64,000 bases of DNA, taken from NCBI GenBank assembly GCA_963724455.1, contig CAVRUV010000042.1, forward strand, positions 2,468 through 66,467, given 5' to 3'. The position numbers were made by a program, and so were the translations under genes. Position 1 is the stretch's first letter, and the number at the start of each line of letters is the position of its first letter. Shown piece by piece: positions 19,690 through 29,066 of the stretch. The notes under the pieces were generated by a model. That model worked only from the letters and a program-made list of their open reading frames with translations. It ran no database searches and was not told where the DNA came from. This stretch comes from an uncultured Candidatus Woesearchaeota archaeon (lineage in GTDB: Archaea > Nanobdellota > Nanobdellia > Woesearchaeales > UBA525).

Positions 19690-20017
19690 CCATCTTATTT
19701 TCCAAGACGTACTATTTAAACATAACTCTCAGAAAAAAAATCATAATACAAAGTACATAATATAATAGTGTGAATATGCTCCCAAGGGATTTGTCAGCGA
19801 ATCGAGATTGAGAACACTCCTCGATGAGCGAAAACCCACTACGTGACATTATGCCCGGAGCATACTAAAAAGTAATTATAAAAAATCAATCTGAAAATTC
19901 TATAAAAAATTCTAATAAATCCTGAACTACTCAACGAAGTAACCGGCAAGAACCAAATTAATCATTAAAATATCTAGAATTATAAAATTAAAAATAAAAA
20001 CAGGAGCAACGTCTTAC

Positions 20018-20197
20018 TTATTCAGCTGACTTGCGCTTCATGTAGCAATCGCGGCAGAAGACTGGTTTTCCTTCAATTGGTTTGAAAGGTACTTGTGTCT
20101 TGTTTCCGCACTCAGAGCAAGTTGCATCGTGCATCTCGCGTGGGCCGCTACTGAAGTTATTGCGTGGTCTGAAGCCACCGCCGTTTCCATATGCCAT
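20018..20197 (-). CDS. CxxC-x17-CxxC zinc-ribbon small protein
   Basis: CSECGNKTQVPFKPIEGKPVFCRDC preceded by a Gly/Arg-rich N-terminus. The ATG at 20197 (MAYGNGGGF) is preferred over the track start at 20233. Confidence 0.6.
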   Translation of the reverse strand: MAYGNGGGFRPRNNFSSGPREMHDATCSECGNKTQVPFKPIEGKPVFCRDCYMKRKSAE

Positions 20198-20344
20198 ATT
20201 CTGTCTCCACGGGCTAATTCCCGCTTGGAACATGTCGTTCCTCTGAATGAATTCAGAAAGCCGTTACTTGTTCTATCTAGTAAAGAACACGTTTGCCTAT
20301 ATAAAAGTAACCCATAAAAGACCCATGACTCTATATTGACGAGA

Positions 20345-20414
20345 AATTAAGAAAATAAAATAGAAAAAGAAGCCGGCCCCGTCGTTGTTGGGGGGTGATA
20401 ATTAGAGGCCGGCC
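20345..20414 (-). terminator. GC-rich hairpin followed by a U-rich tract (minus strand)
   Basis: gccggcc (20372-20378) pairs with ggccggc (20407-20413), with an inner cccc/gggg hairpin. On the minus strand it is followed by ttctttttctattttattttctt. It lies downstream of the small AbrB-like ORF. Confidence 0.3.
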
Positions 20415-20559
20415 AAGAATCACGAACCTCGCCAGGGTAATACCAACCACCAAAGCTACAGTCGCGTGAACAGGTTTCTACTACAAATCATTGGTTCTTA
20501 ACTCTTCTTTCTTAGCTATTCTATTGACGCAGTTTACTACAATACGTCTGATTCTACGT

Positions 20560-20712
20560 CTATTTCTTTATTTTTGGAATGATCTTCAAAAAGATCCTTC
20601 CTTCTATATCTTCGACAAAACGGATTTCGTCACCAGCGCTCCAGCCTTTATCCATGACAAGATCTTTTGGCAGCGTTATTTTGTATTGGCCGTTATTTGC
20701 AATAATTCGCAT
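20560..20712 (-). CDS. AbrB/SpoVT-type small DNA-binding protein, 50 aa
   Basis: Below the track cutoff. Hand translation: MRIIANNGQYKITLPKDLVMDKGWSAGDEIRFVEDIEGRIFLKIIPKIKK, the typical looped-hinge-helix pattern. It is preferred over the antisense 100-aa ORF 20491..20793. Confidence 0.5.
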   Translation of the reverse strand: MRIIANNGQYKITLPKDLVMDKGWSAGDEIRFVEDIEGRIFLKIIPKIKK

Positions 20713-20890
20713 ACTGGTATGGCATGTGCCTCTCCGTCGTCGTTGATTATTACTAAAAAAGTTATAGTTTATTCATATTTATATACTTATTGATACATAA
20801 AACTATACTTTTAAAATACTTATAATAGAATATAATATTAACTAAATAGTACTAATTAAGTTGCGAGTTAAATAGAAAAATTACCTATGA

Positions 20891-21180
20891 GAAAAGACCC
20901 CCTCGGTGATTTAACCATCTTCATCGTTAAACTCGGACGGGAATTGCGTCATTCAACCATTCCTGACTCCCTTCCGAAGAAAGGTAACAATACAAAATAC
21001 AATACAAAGAAAAGACCCCCTCGGTGATTTAACCATCTTCATCGTTAAACTCGGACGGGAATTGCGTCATTCAACCATTCCTGACTCCCTTCCGAAGAAA
21101 GGTAACAATACAAAATACAATACAAAGAAAAGACCCCCTCGGTGATTTAACCATCTTCATCGTTAAACTCGGACGGGAAT
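20891..21180. repeat. perfect 118-bp tandem repeat, about 2.45 copies
   Basis: The unit starts gaaaagaccccctcggtgatttaacc at 20891, 21009 and 21127. The third copy breaks after ...ctcggacgggaat. No mismatches were seen by eye. Confidence 0.9.
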
Positions 21181-21309
21181 AACTTCTTCATCAGGGGCAA
21201 TAATAGAATACCTCATGGTGCTTTTATGTGTTTGGAAAAAACTAACCAATTTTACACAAAGAATAATAGGACAATAGCCATAATTCTAATAATTCTAAGA
21301 ACATACAAT

Positions 21310-21957
21310 TCATGGCAACGCTAGCTTAATCAAACCTAAATCAATAAGCCCGTTAATTACAAACTGTGCTGCTAAGAATATTAACAACAAACCCATAACT
21401 CTACCAATAACTTTTATACCAATATTACCTAATACTTTGAGCGCAAGTTCTGATGTCATAAGAATTAACAAACTCAATAGCATAATTGCAAATACTGCTG
21501 CAACGACAAGCACAGGTCCGCTAATACCACCGCCGAGCAATCCTGAATACAACACAACTGCAGTGATTGCTCCAGGTCCTGCAAGAAGAGGTATGGCAAG
21601 AGGAGTTATACTAACATCTTGTTTTTTTATCGCCTCTTTTTCTTCATCAGAGGTAATTTCAGTGCGGCTCAAATGCCCATACAACATCTCAAAACCTATA
21701 ACAAAAAGCAAAATACCGCCCGCAATTTGCATTGCAGGTTTACTAATCCCAAAATACGAAAGCAATTGATGACCCACCAAAGCAAAAAATGCCAATACTA
21801 AAAATGCTATAAAAACTGCTTTGACAATCATCTTTCTTCGTTCGTTAGGAGTATTATTTTTTGTGATAACAATAAAGAGTGGCAAACAACCAATAGGATC
21901 GACTATTAAAAAGAGATTAAACAATACTCCTGCAAATACTACAAAATCCAAAGACAT
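21310..21957 (-). CDS. MarC family integral membrane protein
   Basis: Multi-TM protein with a MarC-like IVDPIGCLPLF motif near the N-terminus. The ATG at 21957 (MSLDFVVFAG) is preferred to the track start at 22017. Confidence 0.7.
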   Translation of the reverse strand: MSLDFVVFAGVLFNLFLIVDPIGCLPLFIVITKNNTPNERRKMIVKAVFIAFLVLAFFALVGHQLLSYFGISKPAMQIAGGILLFVIGFEMLYGHLSRTEITSDEEKEAIKKQDVSITPLAIPLLAGPGAITAVVLYSGLLGGGISGPVLVVAAVFAIMLLSLLILMTSELALKVLGNIGIKVIGRVMGLLLIFLAAQFVINGLIDLGLIKLALP

Positions 21958-22062
21958 ACTTACACTCAAGAACGGAAGATTATAAAGATTGTGACGGTAA
22001 CATATAAAAATGTTCAAAACACTTCTAAATAATAAGTAAACAAAATAAACACTGCATGAAGT

Positions 22063-22470
22063 TTATTTATCAAGACATATCTTAGTATATTCAACCCACA
22101 CGCTCATAAGTTGCATCAATGCATGGGCACCACTACTTCCATTACAATTATGCGAGTAAAAAGGAATTGGTTTAGTGATTAAATCATATAAGTCCCTGAC
22201 CAAATTCTCAACAGGCCTATCTGTTGCCATCCAAAGACCATTTTCTCCAAGATTAAATTGCAATACAAATGCAGAATCTTTATAGAAATCAATTGGATCT
22301 GACTGAGAAAATCCTAATCGTTCGATAGTTCTTTCTGCAGCAGTATTAATGGTTCTTCGTTCTTCATCAGATAATTTTGATTCAAGAGTTGATTTTACAA
22401 AATCACTACAGACTAATATTCTAAAATCATATGTTGCAGAAAACTCAGGTTGCCAGATAGGATTGTTCAT
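22063..22470 (-). CDS. hypothetical protein
   Basis: 135-aa ORF, divergent from the radical SAM gene, with no motif recognised. Confidence 0.4.
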   Translation of the reverse strand: MNNPIWQPEFSATYDFRILVCSDFVKSTLESKLSDEERRTINTAAERTIERLGFSQSDPIDFYKDSAFVLQFNLGENGLWMATDRPVENLVRDLYDLITKPIPFYSHNCNGSSGAHALMQLMSVWVEYTKICLDK

Positions 22471-22613
22471 AATAATAGAAGTAAGTGATGATTTAAAAAA
22501 TCATCACACAAAACATCATATACCATAATTTCGAATGAGATTTGAGGATATTTGATGAGATTTTTAGAAACTTTCTCCTCAACCTTTAAAAACCCCCATA
22601 AGGTCCATTCATT

Positions 22614-23843
22614 ATGACACTTAAGATTATTCAAACACCATACCACAGTCTTTGCCAAGGCGATTTGCCTGATGGCTGCAAGATGTGTGTTACAGGAGAA
22701 AAACTAGTCTTATTTGTTACAGGCATTTGTCCAGCGAATTGTTTTTTCTGCCCACTATCCGAAGAAAAGAAGATGAAAGATGTCATCTTTGCAAATGAAA
22801 AAGAGCTTTCGGGTTCAGAAGATGATCAGCTTGACCAGATGATAATAGAAGCAAAGGCAAACAAAGCAAACGGTGCAGGAGTTACCGGCGGAGACCCGCT
22901 TGCGCGCCTTGATAGAACCTGTAAAATGATTCGCCGCCTCAAAAAGGAGTTCGGTAAAGGATTTCACATCCACCTCTACACCCCATTGATTCTTGTTAAT
23001 GAAATAACTATGAAGCGCTTGTACGAGGCAGGACTTGACGAGATAAGATTTCACCCAAGCCTTAGCTCAGAAAAATTCTGGCCGAGAATGGAGCTTGCAA
23101 AAAAATACTCCTGGAATATAGGTATGGAAATTCCCATCTTTCCAGATAAGGTCAATGAGACAAAGCGCCTTGTTGATTATTGCGCCGAACACAAACTGAT
23201 TTCATTTTTGAATCTTAACGAGTTAGAAATCTCAGAACTAACTATCGAGACATTCGAAAAGAAAGGTTATGAAGTGACAAAAAGAGAAAGCTATGCGATA
23301 AAAGGCAGCAGAGCTGCAGGAAGAAAAATAATGCTTCACGCACAGCAGTACAATCTAGCAGTCCATTTCTGCACCACAAAACTAAAAGACAGAGTACAGA
23401 TGGGCAATCGCATTATCAGACGCGCAGACTGCGAAGCATGGCCATCCGATATAGTAGATAAAGAAGGATTACTCTTACGCGGCGCAATCTACATCAATTA
23501 CTCCCCAGAGTTCAGCTATAACAAAAAGCTCAAAGCACTAAGCGTACAAGAAAAACAATTAGAACATAAAGAACTTGAAAAAATATTCTCGTGGCTAAAA
23601 GAGATGGGCATGCCAGAAGATGCAGGATTCATTGATGAAAAAAAGCATCGCGTTGTTCTTGGAGCAGATGTTGTACGTGATATTGCTCAAGATCTTGTAG
23701 ACAAATTTGCGAATGCAAAACCCTACGTGATAAAAGAGTATCCGACATCAGATTCGTTCATCGTAGAATTAGAAGAAGTAGTTGTTGCTCACACAAATAA
23801 TATTGTAAAAATAAAGAGTTCTAATAAAATTTCCAAGAAATAG
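22614..23843 (+). CDS. radical SAM domain protein
   Basis: CxxxCxxC cluster motif GICPANCFFCP, followed by GVTGGDPL. Confidence 0.75.
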   Translation: MTLKIIQTPYHSLCQGDLPDGCKMCVTGEKLVLFVTGICPANCFFCPLSEEKKMKDVIFANEKELSGSEDDQLDQMIIEAKANKANGAGVTGGDPLARLDRTCKMIRRLKKEFGKGFHIHLYTPLILVNEITMKRLYEAGLDEIRFHPSLSSEKFWPRMELAKKYSWNIGMEIPIFPDKVNETKRLVDYCAEHKLISFLNLNELEISELTIETFEKKGYEVTKRESYAIKGSRAAGRKIMLHAQQYNLAVHFCTTKLKDRVQMGNRIIRRADCEAWPSDIVDKEGLLLRGAIYINYSPEFSYNKKLKALSVQEKQLEHKELEKIFSWLKEMGMPEDAGFIDEKKHRVVLGADVVRDIAQDLVDKFANAKPYVIKEYPTSDSFIVELEEVVVAHTNNIVKIKSSNKISKK

Positions 23844-24097
23844 AATTACAAAAGTAAAAATAGTTATGATAGAACAAATAGTAATGACGGTAGACATAGT
23901 AGTGCCACTCCCCGACAAAAGTAGTCTAGGATTTAATAATATAAATCTAAGTTTATTACAACATCAAAATAAAATAACTAAAATACAACTAAGGATTAAA
24001 TGATGGATATGTACCAAGCAATGTTATTTACAATTTGAGTTTAGAACATGAAAACTAGTATTAAAAATAAAAAATAAAAAAATAAATTCTCAAAAGC

Positions 24098-25282
24098 TTA
24101 TCCTAAGAAGGTTTCAATCTTGCTTTGTGCACGTAAAGTAGCTAGATACAAGTTGAGGCGTTGCTGTAGATTTAGATTTTTCAAATCAACACGCAATTTA
24201 TCAGCGACTTCTGAATATGGCAAGACCTGAGCTTTTGTAACCTGCAATGTTTTCACAAAGTGCACGCCATCAGCAGTAACTACTTTCGTTACGTTATTTA
24301 CTGGCGTCGTAAATGCTGCACGCTCAAGAGTGCTATCTATAACGTCGCGAGGAATTTCATATGTTCCGCATTGCTCCATTCTACTGGTATCGTCGCTATA
24401 TTTTTTTACTAAAACACAAAAATCAGTATTGTTCAATTTTGATTCAATCTCTTGGACTTTGGCAGCGTATTCATTCGGTTTTCCCTTTAAGAGAATATGA
24501 CTAAAGACTGCTCGTTCAGAAAACATAAACTGATTAGTATTTGCAAGATAATATGCTCTAGCATCATCTTCTGAAACTTGAATCTCGTCAGTAAGTAGTC
24601 TCTTAGAAAGCAACTTCTCAAGTCTTGCTTGAGATTCTATCTGCGTTTCGAAAGTCGCTTTATCGATTTTTTGCTTTTCTAAAAATGCAGGTAAACCCTC
24701 TTCGCTAACATTAAGCTGTACAAGTATAGTCTTGCGAACCTTAGCAATATCGTCTGCGCTTAACTCTATTTTAGCTTCTTGCTCACGAAGTAGCTCTTTA
24801 TCAACAAGAGTATTCAACAATCGCAGTTCAGTATTCAAGTCAACAGTTGTTCCAGCAGGCAATGCACTTACTGCATTTTGTAATGCAGTCTTAGAGATGA
24901 TATTACCATTAACTGTGACAAGCGCATCCTCACTCGGAGCATCGCTTTTCTTTCTTTCTATAACATTACTGACATTATTCAATCTTGTAACATAACAAGT
25001 TACGTTCTTATCTGTAGAATAAACATTAAGTGTGAGTGCATATGCTGCAAATGTAGAACGAGTAAATTTCTCGCCTAAACCATTAGGACATTCTGTTTTT
25101 ACGAGCTCGCTAACAGCTTTTGCGGCCTCGCCAGAAAATGATGTCTCGGAGTATTTTACATCATCATTCATTGCATAAAAAAGCTTGACACCAGGCTCTG
25201 ATTTCAGACGCGATTCTTGCGTAGAACATGCTATTAGAAATAAACCCAGTAATAGGATTACGAATAATACGCTTTTCTTCAT
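24098..25282 (-). CDS. secreted/lipoprotein-like parvulin-type peptidyl-prolyl isomerase (SurA/PrsA-like)
   Basis: MKKSVLFVILLLGLFLIACS signal with a lipobox-like Cys, a SurA-N-like helical region, and a C-terminal parvulin-like segment (FSHILLKGK...GVHFVKT). The track start at 25294 is a TTG. Confidence 0.55.
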   Translation of the reverse strand: MKKSVLFVILLLGLFLIACSTQESRLKSEPGVKLFYAMNDDVKYSETSFSGEAAKAVSELVKTECPNGLGEKFTRSTFAAYALTLNVYSTDKNVTCYVTRLNNVSNVIERKKSDAPSEDALVTVNGNIISKTALQNAVSALPAGTTVDLNTELRLLNTLVDKELLREQEAKIELSADDIAKVRKTILVQLNVSEEGLPAFLEKQKIDKATFETQIESQARLEKLLSKRLLTDEIQVSEDDARAYYLANTNQFMFSERAVFSHILLKGKPNEYAAKVQEIESKLNNTDFCVLVKKYSDDTSRMEQCGTYEIPRDVIDSTLERAAFTTPVNNVTKVVTADGVHFVKTLQVTKAQVLPYSEVADKLRVDLKNLNLQQRLNLYLATLRAQSKIETFLG

Positions 25283-25366
25283 AATACACCCCAACTAATA
25301 AAGAGGATTATGAAGAATATATAAAATTGATGGAAGAATAAAAAAGGAAATAATAGGAGAAAAAAG

Positions 25367-25477
25367 TGAGCCCGTCGAGATTTGAACTCGAGACCACCGG
25401 CTCTCTTCGAGCTACAAGCCAATATGCGGCTTGTTGTCATATAAGACCGGCGCTCCACCAGACTAAGCTACGGGCTC
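25367..25477 (-). tRNA. tRNA-Ile(UAU) candidate with an intron of about 37 nt after position 37
   Basis: Minus strand reads GAGCCCG-UA-GCUU-AGUCUGGUG-GAGC-G-CCGGU-CUUAUA[UGACAACAAGCCGCAUAUUGGCUUGUAGCUCGAAGAG]A-GCCGG-UGGUC-UCGAG-UUCAAAU-CUCGA-CGGGCUC-A, then UUUUUU. All four arms pair. The mature length is 74 nt and there is no encoded CCA. Confidence 0.8.
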
Positions 25478-25613
25478 CTCGTAATATCAGAACCCTACTT
25501 TTCATTCGTAAAAACGACGTTCAAGTATAGGCTCATGGCTTAGTAAACAACGTGTGCCGGCAGGGGTTTAAAAAAGTTCTCTCGAAAATCCTTCTAAAAT
25601 AGCACAAAATGGA

Positions 25614-25934
25614 TCATTTGACACTATGAGCAGCATATCCGCGCTTATTTGCGTTCCTGCGCTTCCTCGTATGATGAACAAGACCCCAGGCTGCAGAAAG
25701 AGCCCAAACGCCATTTAGTATAAGAGATGGAGTTGCACCAATGAGAATTGAATATACTACCATCGCCACACTCCCGACGAGATTCATAGACAAAAAAACA
25801 TTATCTGCTGAATCCATCTTGGTGAATACATTGAGAATGAATGCTAAAAGAATCAATGTCATTCCTAAAAATCCTATAATAATTGTCCAATCAATAATTA
25901 ACACCATAATAGTCTTTTGCGCTGATGTATACAA
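25614..25934 (-). CDS. small 3-TM membrane protein
   Basis: 106 aa with three hydrophobic segments and a basic C-terminus. Confidence 0.5.
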   Translation of the reverse strand: MYTSAQKTIMVLIIDWTIIIGFLGMTLILLAFILNVFTKMDSADNVFLSMNLVGSVAMVVYSILIGATPSLILNGVWALSAAWGLVHHTRKRRNANKRGYAAHSVK

Positions 25935-25990
25935 AAAGGTTTCGGAAAAAATAATCTAAAACACAAAAAAATTAAAACTAAAAAAACAAA

Positions 25991-26473
25991 TTATTCAACA
26001 TTACGCAATAATAATAGACGTTTTGCGCTTTTTGCCAAAGAAAAATATGTTTGGGGTTGCTTTTGAGCTATAGCGTCAAGCATAATACGTATATCGCTTT
26101 TTTGCGATTCAACAAGCACAAGAGAATGCTTTTTTGCATAATCAAACAATACAGACTCAGGAATACTCGACAAAAGAATTTTCTTATTTGTGATATTCTG
26201 CAAAAGAGAATTTTCTTCTAAAAAATACCCCATAAATGCAGTTCCATAATCTTCCAAGCTCATGAGCATAACGTGTTGTGCATCAGCTTCCTCAATAGTA
26301 TCTGCGCAATTTTTCACAATAATTTTCGGAGCATGCACTGCAAGCAAACGCTCTGCAATATTACACAACATCTGATTGCCTTCTAGAATAATAACAGATG
26401 CTAATTGCAATTCACGCAATTCTTCACGAAAACGATCATCAATATCTATTACAACAAAAATATCTGCCATCAT
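25991..26473 (-). CDS. hypothetical protein
   Basis: 160-aa ORF with no motif recognised. Confidence 0.45.
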   Translation of the reverse strand: MMADIFVVIDIDDRFREELRELQLASVIILEGNQMLCNIAERLLAVHAPKIIVKNCADTIEEADAQHVMLMSLEDYGTAFMGYFLEENSLLQNITNKKILLSSIPESVLFDYAKKHSLVLVESQKSDIRIMLDAIAQKQPQTYFSLAKSAKRLLLLRNVE

Positions 26474-26863
26474 AACAAGAACTTGTTCGTGTTTTTATAT
26501 CTACGTCCAAATATTGACTGCCTAAATATCCAACTTAAATCCATCAATAGTCTATTGACCTCAGAAAATGGTTAAAAAAGATAATTTTCACTACATCCAA
26601 TATAGATATTAGAGAGTATTTTGTAACCATTTTAAAATGGTGTCAAATAGGAAAGTATAAATATGACAAATAATACACCATGGACTATTGTGAACACTTT
26701 CGTGTACACTTTGAAGAATTACACTCACCTCTTTTTTCCCGGGAAGGTTCGTTGGAAGCAATTCCAACGACCTTTCAGGGCCTTGTAAGAAAATTGTTTA
26801 ATAATCACGTATAAATTATTTAATAGTTAGACATATTATTTATCATCACTAGATTAGTTATTG

Positions 26864-28975
26864 CTACCTAGAAAGTTTAAAAGATTTTTTGGATTTGTTC
26901 AGTTTGGAACGCTTTGGTTTTCTTGAAGGAACAGATTCAGGAATTGTTTTTTTTGAAGGCATTTCATGATTTCTAACATTATTTTTAGAACTCATTATTT
27001 TATCATTAAATCTTTTCATAATAATAAAAACTATTGTTGCGCCAAGAAGCGCTCCAAAAAAGAAAATAGAGATTGCTTCTAACACAACTGGCGCTATTGA
27101 AAAAGAATGCTCTTTTGGAAAATATATATCAAGAGTTGAAAGTTCAAGCGCGTACTCTGCAAAATTTAACGAGCTATATGGCTGTATTGTTCGCAGATCC
27201 TTTGAATATTCTAAATAACTGTATCCGATAATCGGGAAGAATCCTGCTTGCTGTTCGCGACGTAGCACTAAATCTGCTGCTTGCAATTTTTGCGCAATCA
27301 GTGCATCGATATTATCTTCTCCTACAACAATCACGCTCGACAATAGATTTGCTTGCGCTGTTGCTTTAGAAGCTGAGAAAATGCACAATACCGGCTCTTC
27401 TTTAGCCCAAGTTCTTGCATCTTCTATTGCATTATCCGCTTCACCAACAAATGCCGGTGCATACAAACGAACATAATTAACCCGCTCTTCTGCTTCAGAT
27501 AGCTTGCTTAAGCAGGCGGTGCGCAGATATTCCCTATCTTTGGGAAGAGATCTTCCAGGCATATCAAAAAATGTTGTCCAGATCTTTGCGCTTAGAAATC
27601 TTTCTCTTGCATAACCCAATGTTTCTGCATCAGGATTAGATTCATTCAATTCATCTAAGATTTTTTTTGTATCCAAAATACGCTCTTGGACAATGGCATA
27701 AGTCTCAAGATCGCTTATAGTATTCAGATTCTTATCGTGTAGTTCTGCAGAAAAAATTGAAGCATTTTGACGCAACTGATTGAAAAGAGCTACACGTTCG
27801 TGAAGGCTGAATTTTTCAACTTCTAAACGCGCAAGTTCTATATCACCGCTAAAGCACAAGCTTGCTTTTGAGTATAATCTCGTCGTATTTTGTGCACGAG
27901 CAGTATAATTGTTAGTATCATTGTATTCAACTCCGTAGCTTAACACTTTCAAACGAAGTTCCTTATTCCTGTTGCAGATATCATCTGCTATCAAAGACAT
28001 TCGCGCAACATATTCAGCAGAAGGAATAACGGGTGCATAAACCTTGGAATAATTTTTTGCAGTAGCATACCACAATGCATCTTCTATAGTACTAACGCGA
28101 ATGACTCTGAATGAACCAGAAGATAATTCTTTTACAATTCCTTCTTGAAGAGCAGTTTGTTTGATGATAATATGAGCAGTTTGGTTAATAGATTGATTTG
28201 TTGTTATAACTATTATAGAAGAATTAGATGAATTAATAGAGGAATTACGTATAGAAGAATTACTGATAGATGAATTGGTAATTGAAGAATTAATTACAGA
28301 TGAGTCAGAGGATTTTGAAGAAATATTTTTATTGGAACTATTTGTAGAGATATTGCTCTCTTCATCTTTCAATTCACCAATTGCTGGTATAAGAACAGTT
28401 GTAATTCCTGCAGACCTTGCACCTTTTACTTTTGAAGTAATTCCTGCTACTGGCCCGATGATACCGCCGCTATTTATCGTCCCAGTTATTGCAACACCCT
28501 GGTCTATTGCTTGATTATCTAAAACCCCTATAGTTAATACAGTGATTGCTGCACCAGCACTTGGTCCGCCAACTATTGCACTATTTGCACGAATAGTATA
28601 ATAAAAATTATATTGCGTGCAATCTTTTTGCAGATAGTCGCAAGCAATACGATTTGCATAACGAATACTGCTCTGCGTATCTATTTTTGTCAGAGGAAAA
28701 CTATCAACAAACACAGCACCAGTACCGCGTTCCATACGCAAATACAAGTCTGCAGCACCGCCAGTATGATCTGCATCTTCAGCTACAGTAAGAAGTGTTA
28801 TGTGCCCTTCATCTGCATGAACTACAGGAACTAACAAAATAATTGATACAGATAATAATCCTATGATTAGCCATATAATAATATTGAGAGTCATAAAAGC
28901 CTTATTACAAAATAGTTTTGTAGCAATCTCATTACCCTTCGAGGATGTTTTCAGAGTTATTTTGTGTAAGTTCAT
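26864..28975 (-). CDS. membrane-bound Lon-like S16 peptidase-domain protein without an AAA+ module
   Basis: After the N-terminal TM segment comes a Lon proteolytic-domain pattern (VGGPSAGAAITV ... GTINSGGIIGPVAGITSKVKGARSAG). This is followed by Ser/Asn low complexity, a long helical region, a C-terminal TM segment and a basic tail. No Walker motifs. Confidence 0.65.
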   Translation of the reverse strand: MNLHKITLKTSSKGNEIATKLFCNKAFMTLNIIIWLIIGLLSVSIILLVPVVHADEGHITLLTVAEDADHTGGAADLYLRMERGTGAVFVDSFPLTKIDTQSSIRYANRIACDYLQKDCTQYNFYYTIRANSAIVGGPSAGAAITVLTIGVLDNQAIDQGVAITGTINSGGIIGPVAGITSKVKGARSAGITTVLIPAIGELKDEESNISTNSSNKNISSKSSDSSVINSSITNSSISNSSIRNSSINSSNSSIIVITTNQSINQTAHIIIKQTALQEGIVKELSSGSFRVIRVSTIEDALWYATAKNYSKVYAPVIPSAEYVARMSLIADDICNRNKELRLKVLSYGVEYNDTNNYTARAQNTTRLYSKASLCFSGDIELARLEVEKFSLHERVALFNQLRQNASIFSAELHDKNLNTISDLETYAIVQERILDTKKILDELNESNPDAETLGYARERFLSAKIWTTFFDMPGRSLPKDREYLRTACLSKLSEAEERVNYVRLYAPAFVGEADNAIEDARTWAKEEPVLCIFSASKATAQANLLSSVIVVGEDNIDALIAQKLQAADLVLRREQQAGFFPIIGYSYLEYSKDLRTIQPYSSLNFAEYALELSTLDIYFPKEHSFSIAPVVLEAISIFFFGALLGATIVFIIMKRFNDKIMSSKNNVRNHEMPSKKTIPESVPSRKPKRSKLNKSKKSFKLSR

Positions 28976-29066
28976 CCTAATGCCTTCGTTAATTGTTCAT
29001 CTTTCAAATCATCATTCTACTTTTCATTAACTATCATTCATTAACTAACTTATTAACTACCAATTA

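Noticed and set aside
19822-19834. CGAUGAGCGAAAA considered as a hammerhead ribozyme core (CUGAUGA...GAAA).
   Set aside because: The first box reads UCGAUGA, not CUGAUGA. Helix II would be a single base pair, and no three-way junction can be drawn.
20491-20793. The 100-aa plus-strand ORF from the track.
   Set aside because: It is low-complexity and hydrophobic with no motif. The opposite strand encodes a clean 50-aa AbrB/SpoVT-like protein, which explains the open frame.
20891-21180. The 118-bp repeat array considered as a CRISPR array.
   Set aside because: The units abut directly with no spacers, the unit is far longer than CRISPR repeats, and no cas genes are nearby.
22467-22658. A 63-aa minus-strand ORF overlapping the radical SAM gene start.
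   Set aside because: It overlaps the 5' end of a motif-supported gene, has no features of its own, and lies in the divergent promoter region.
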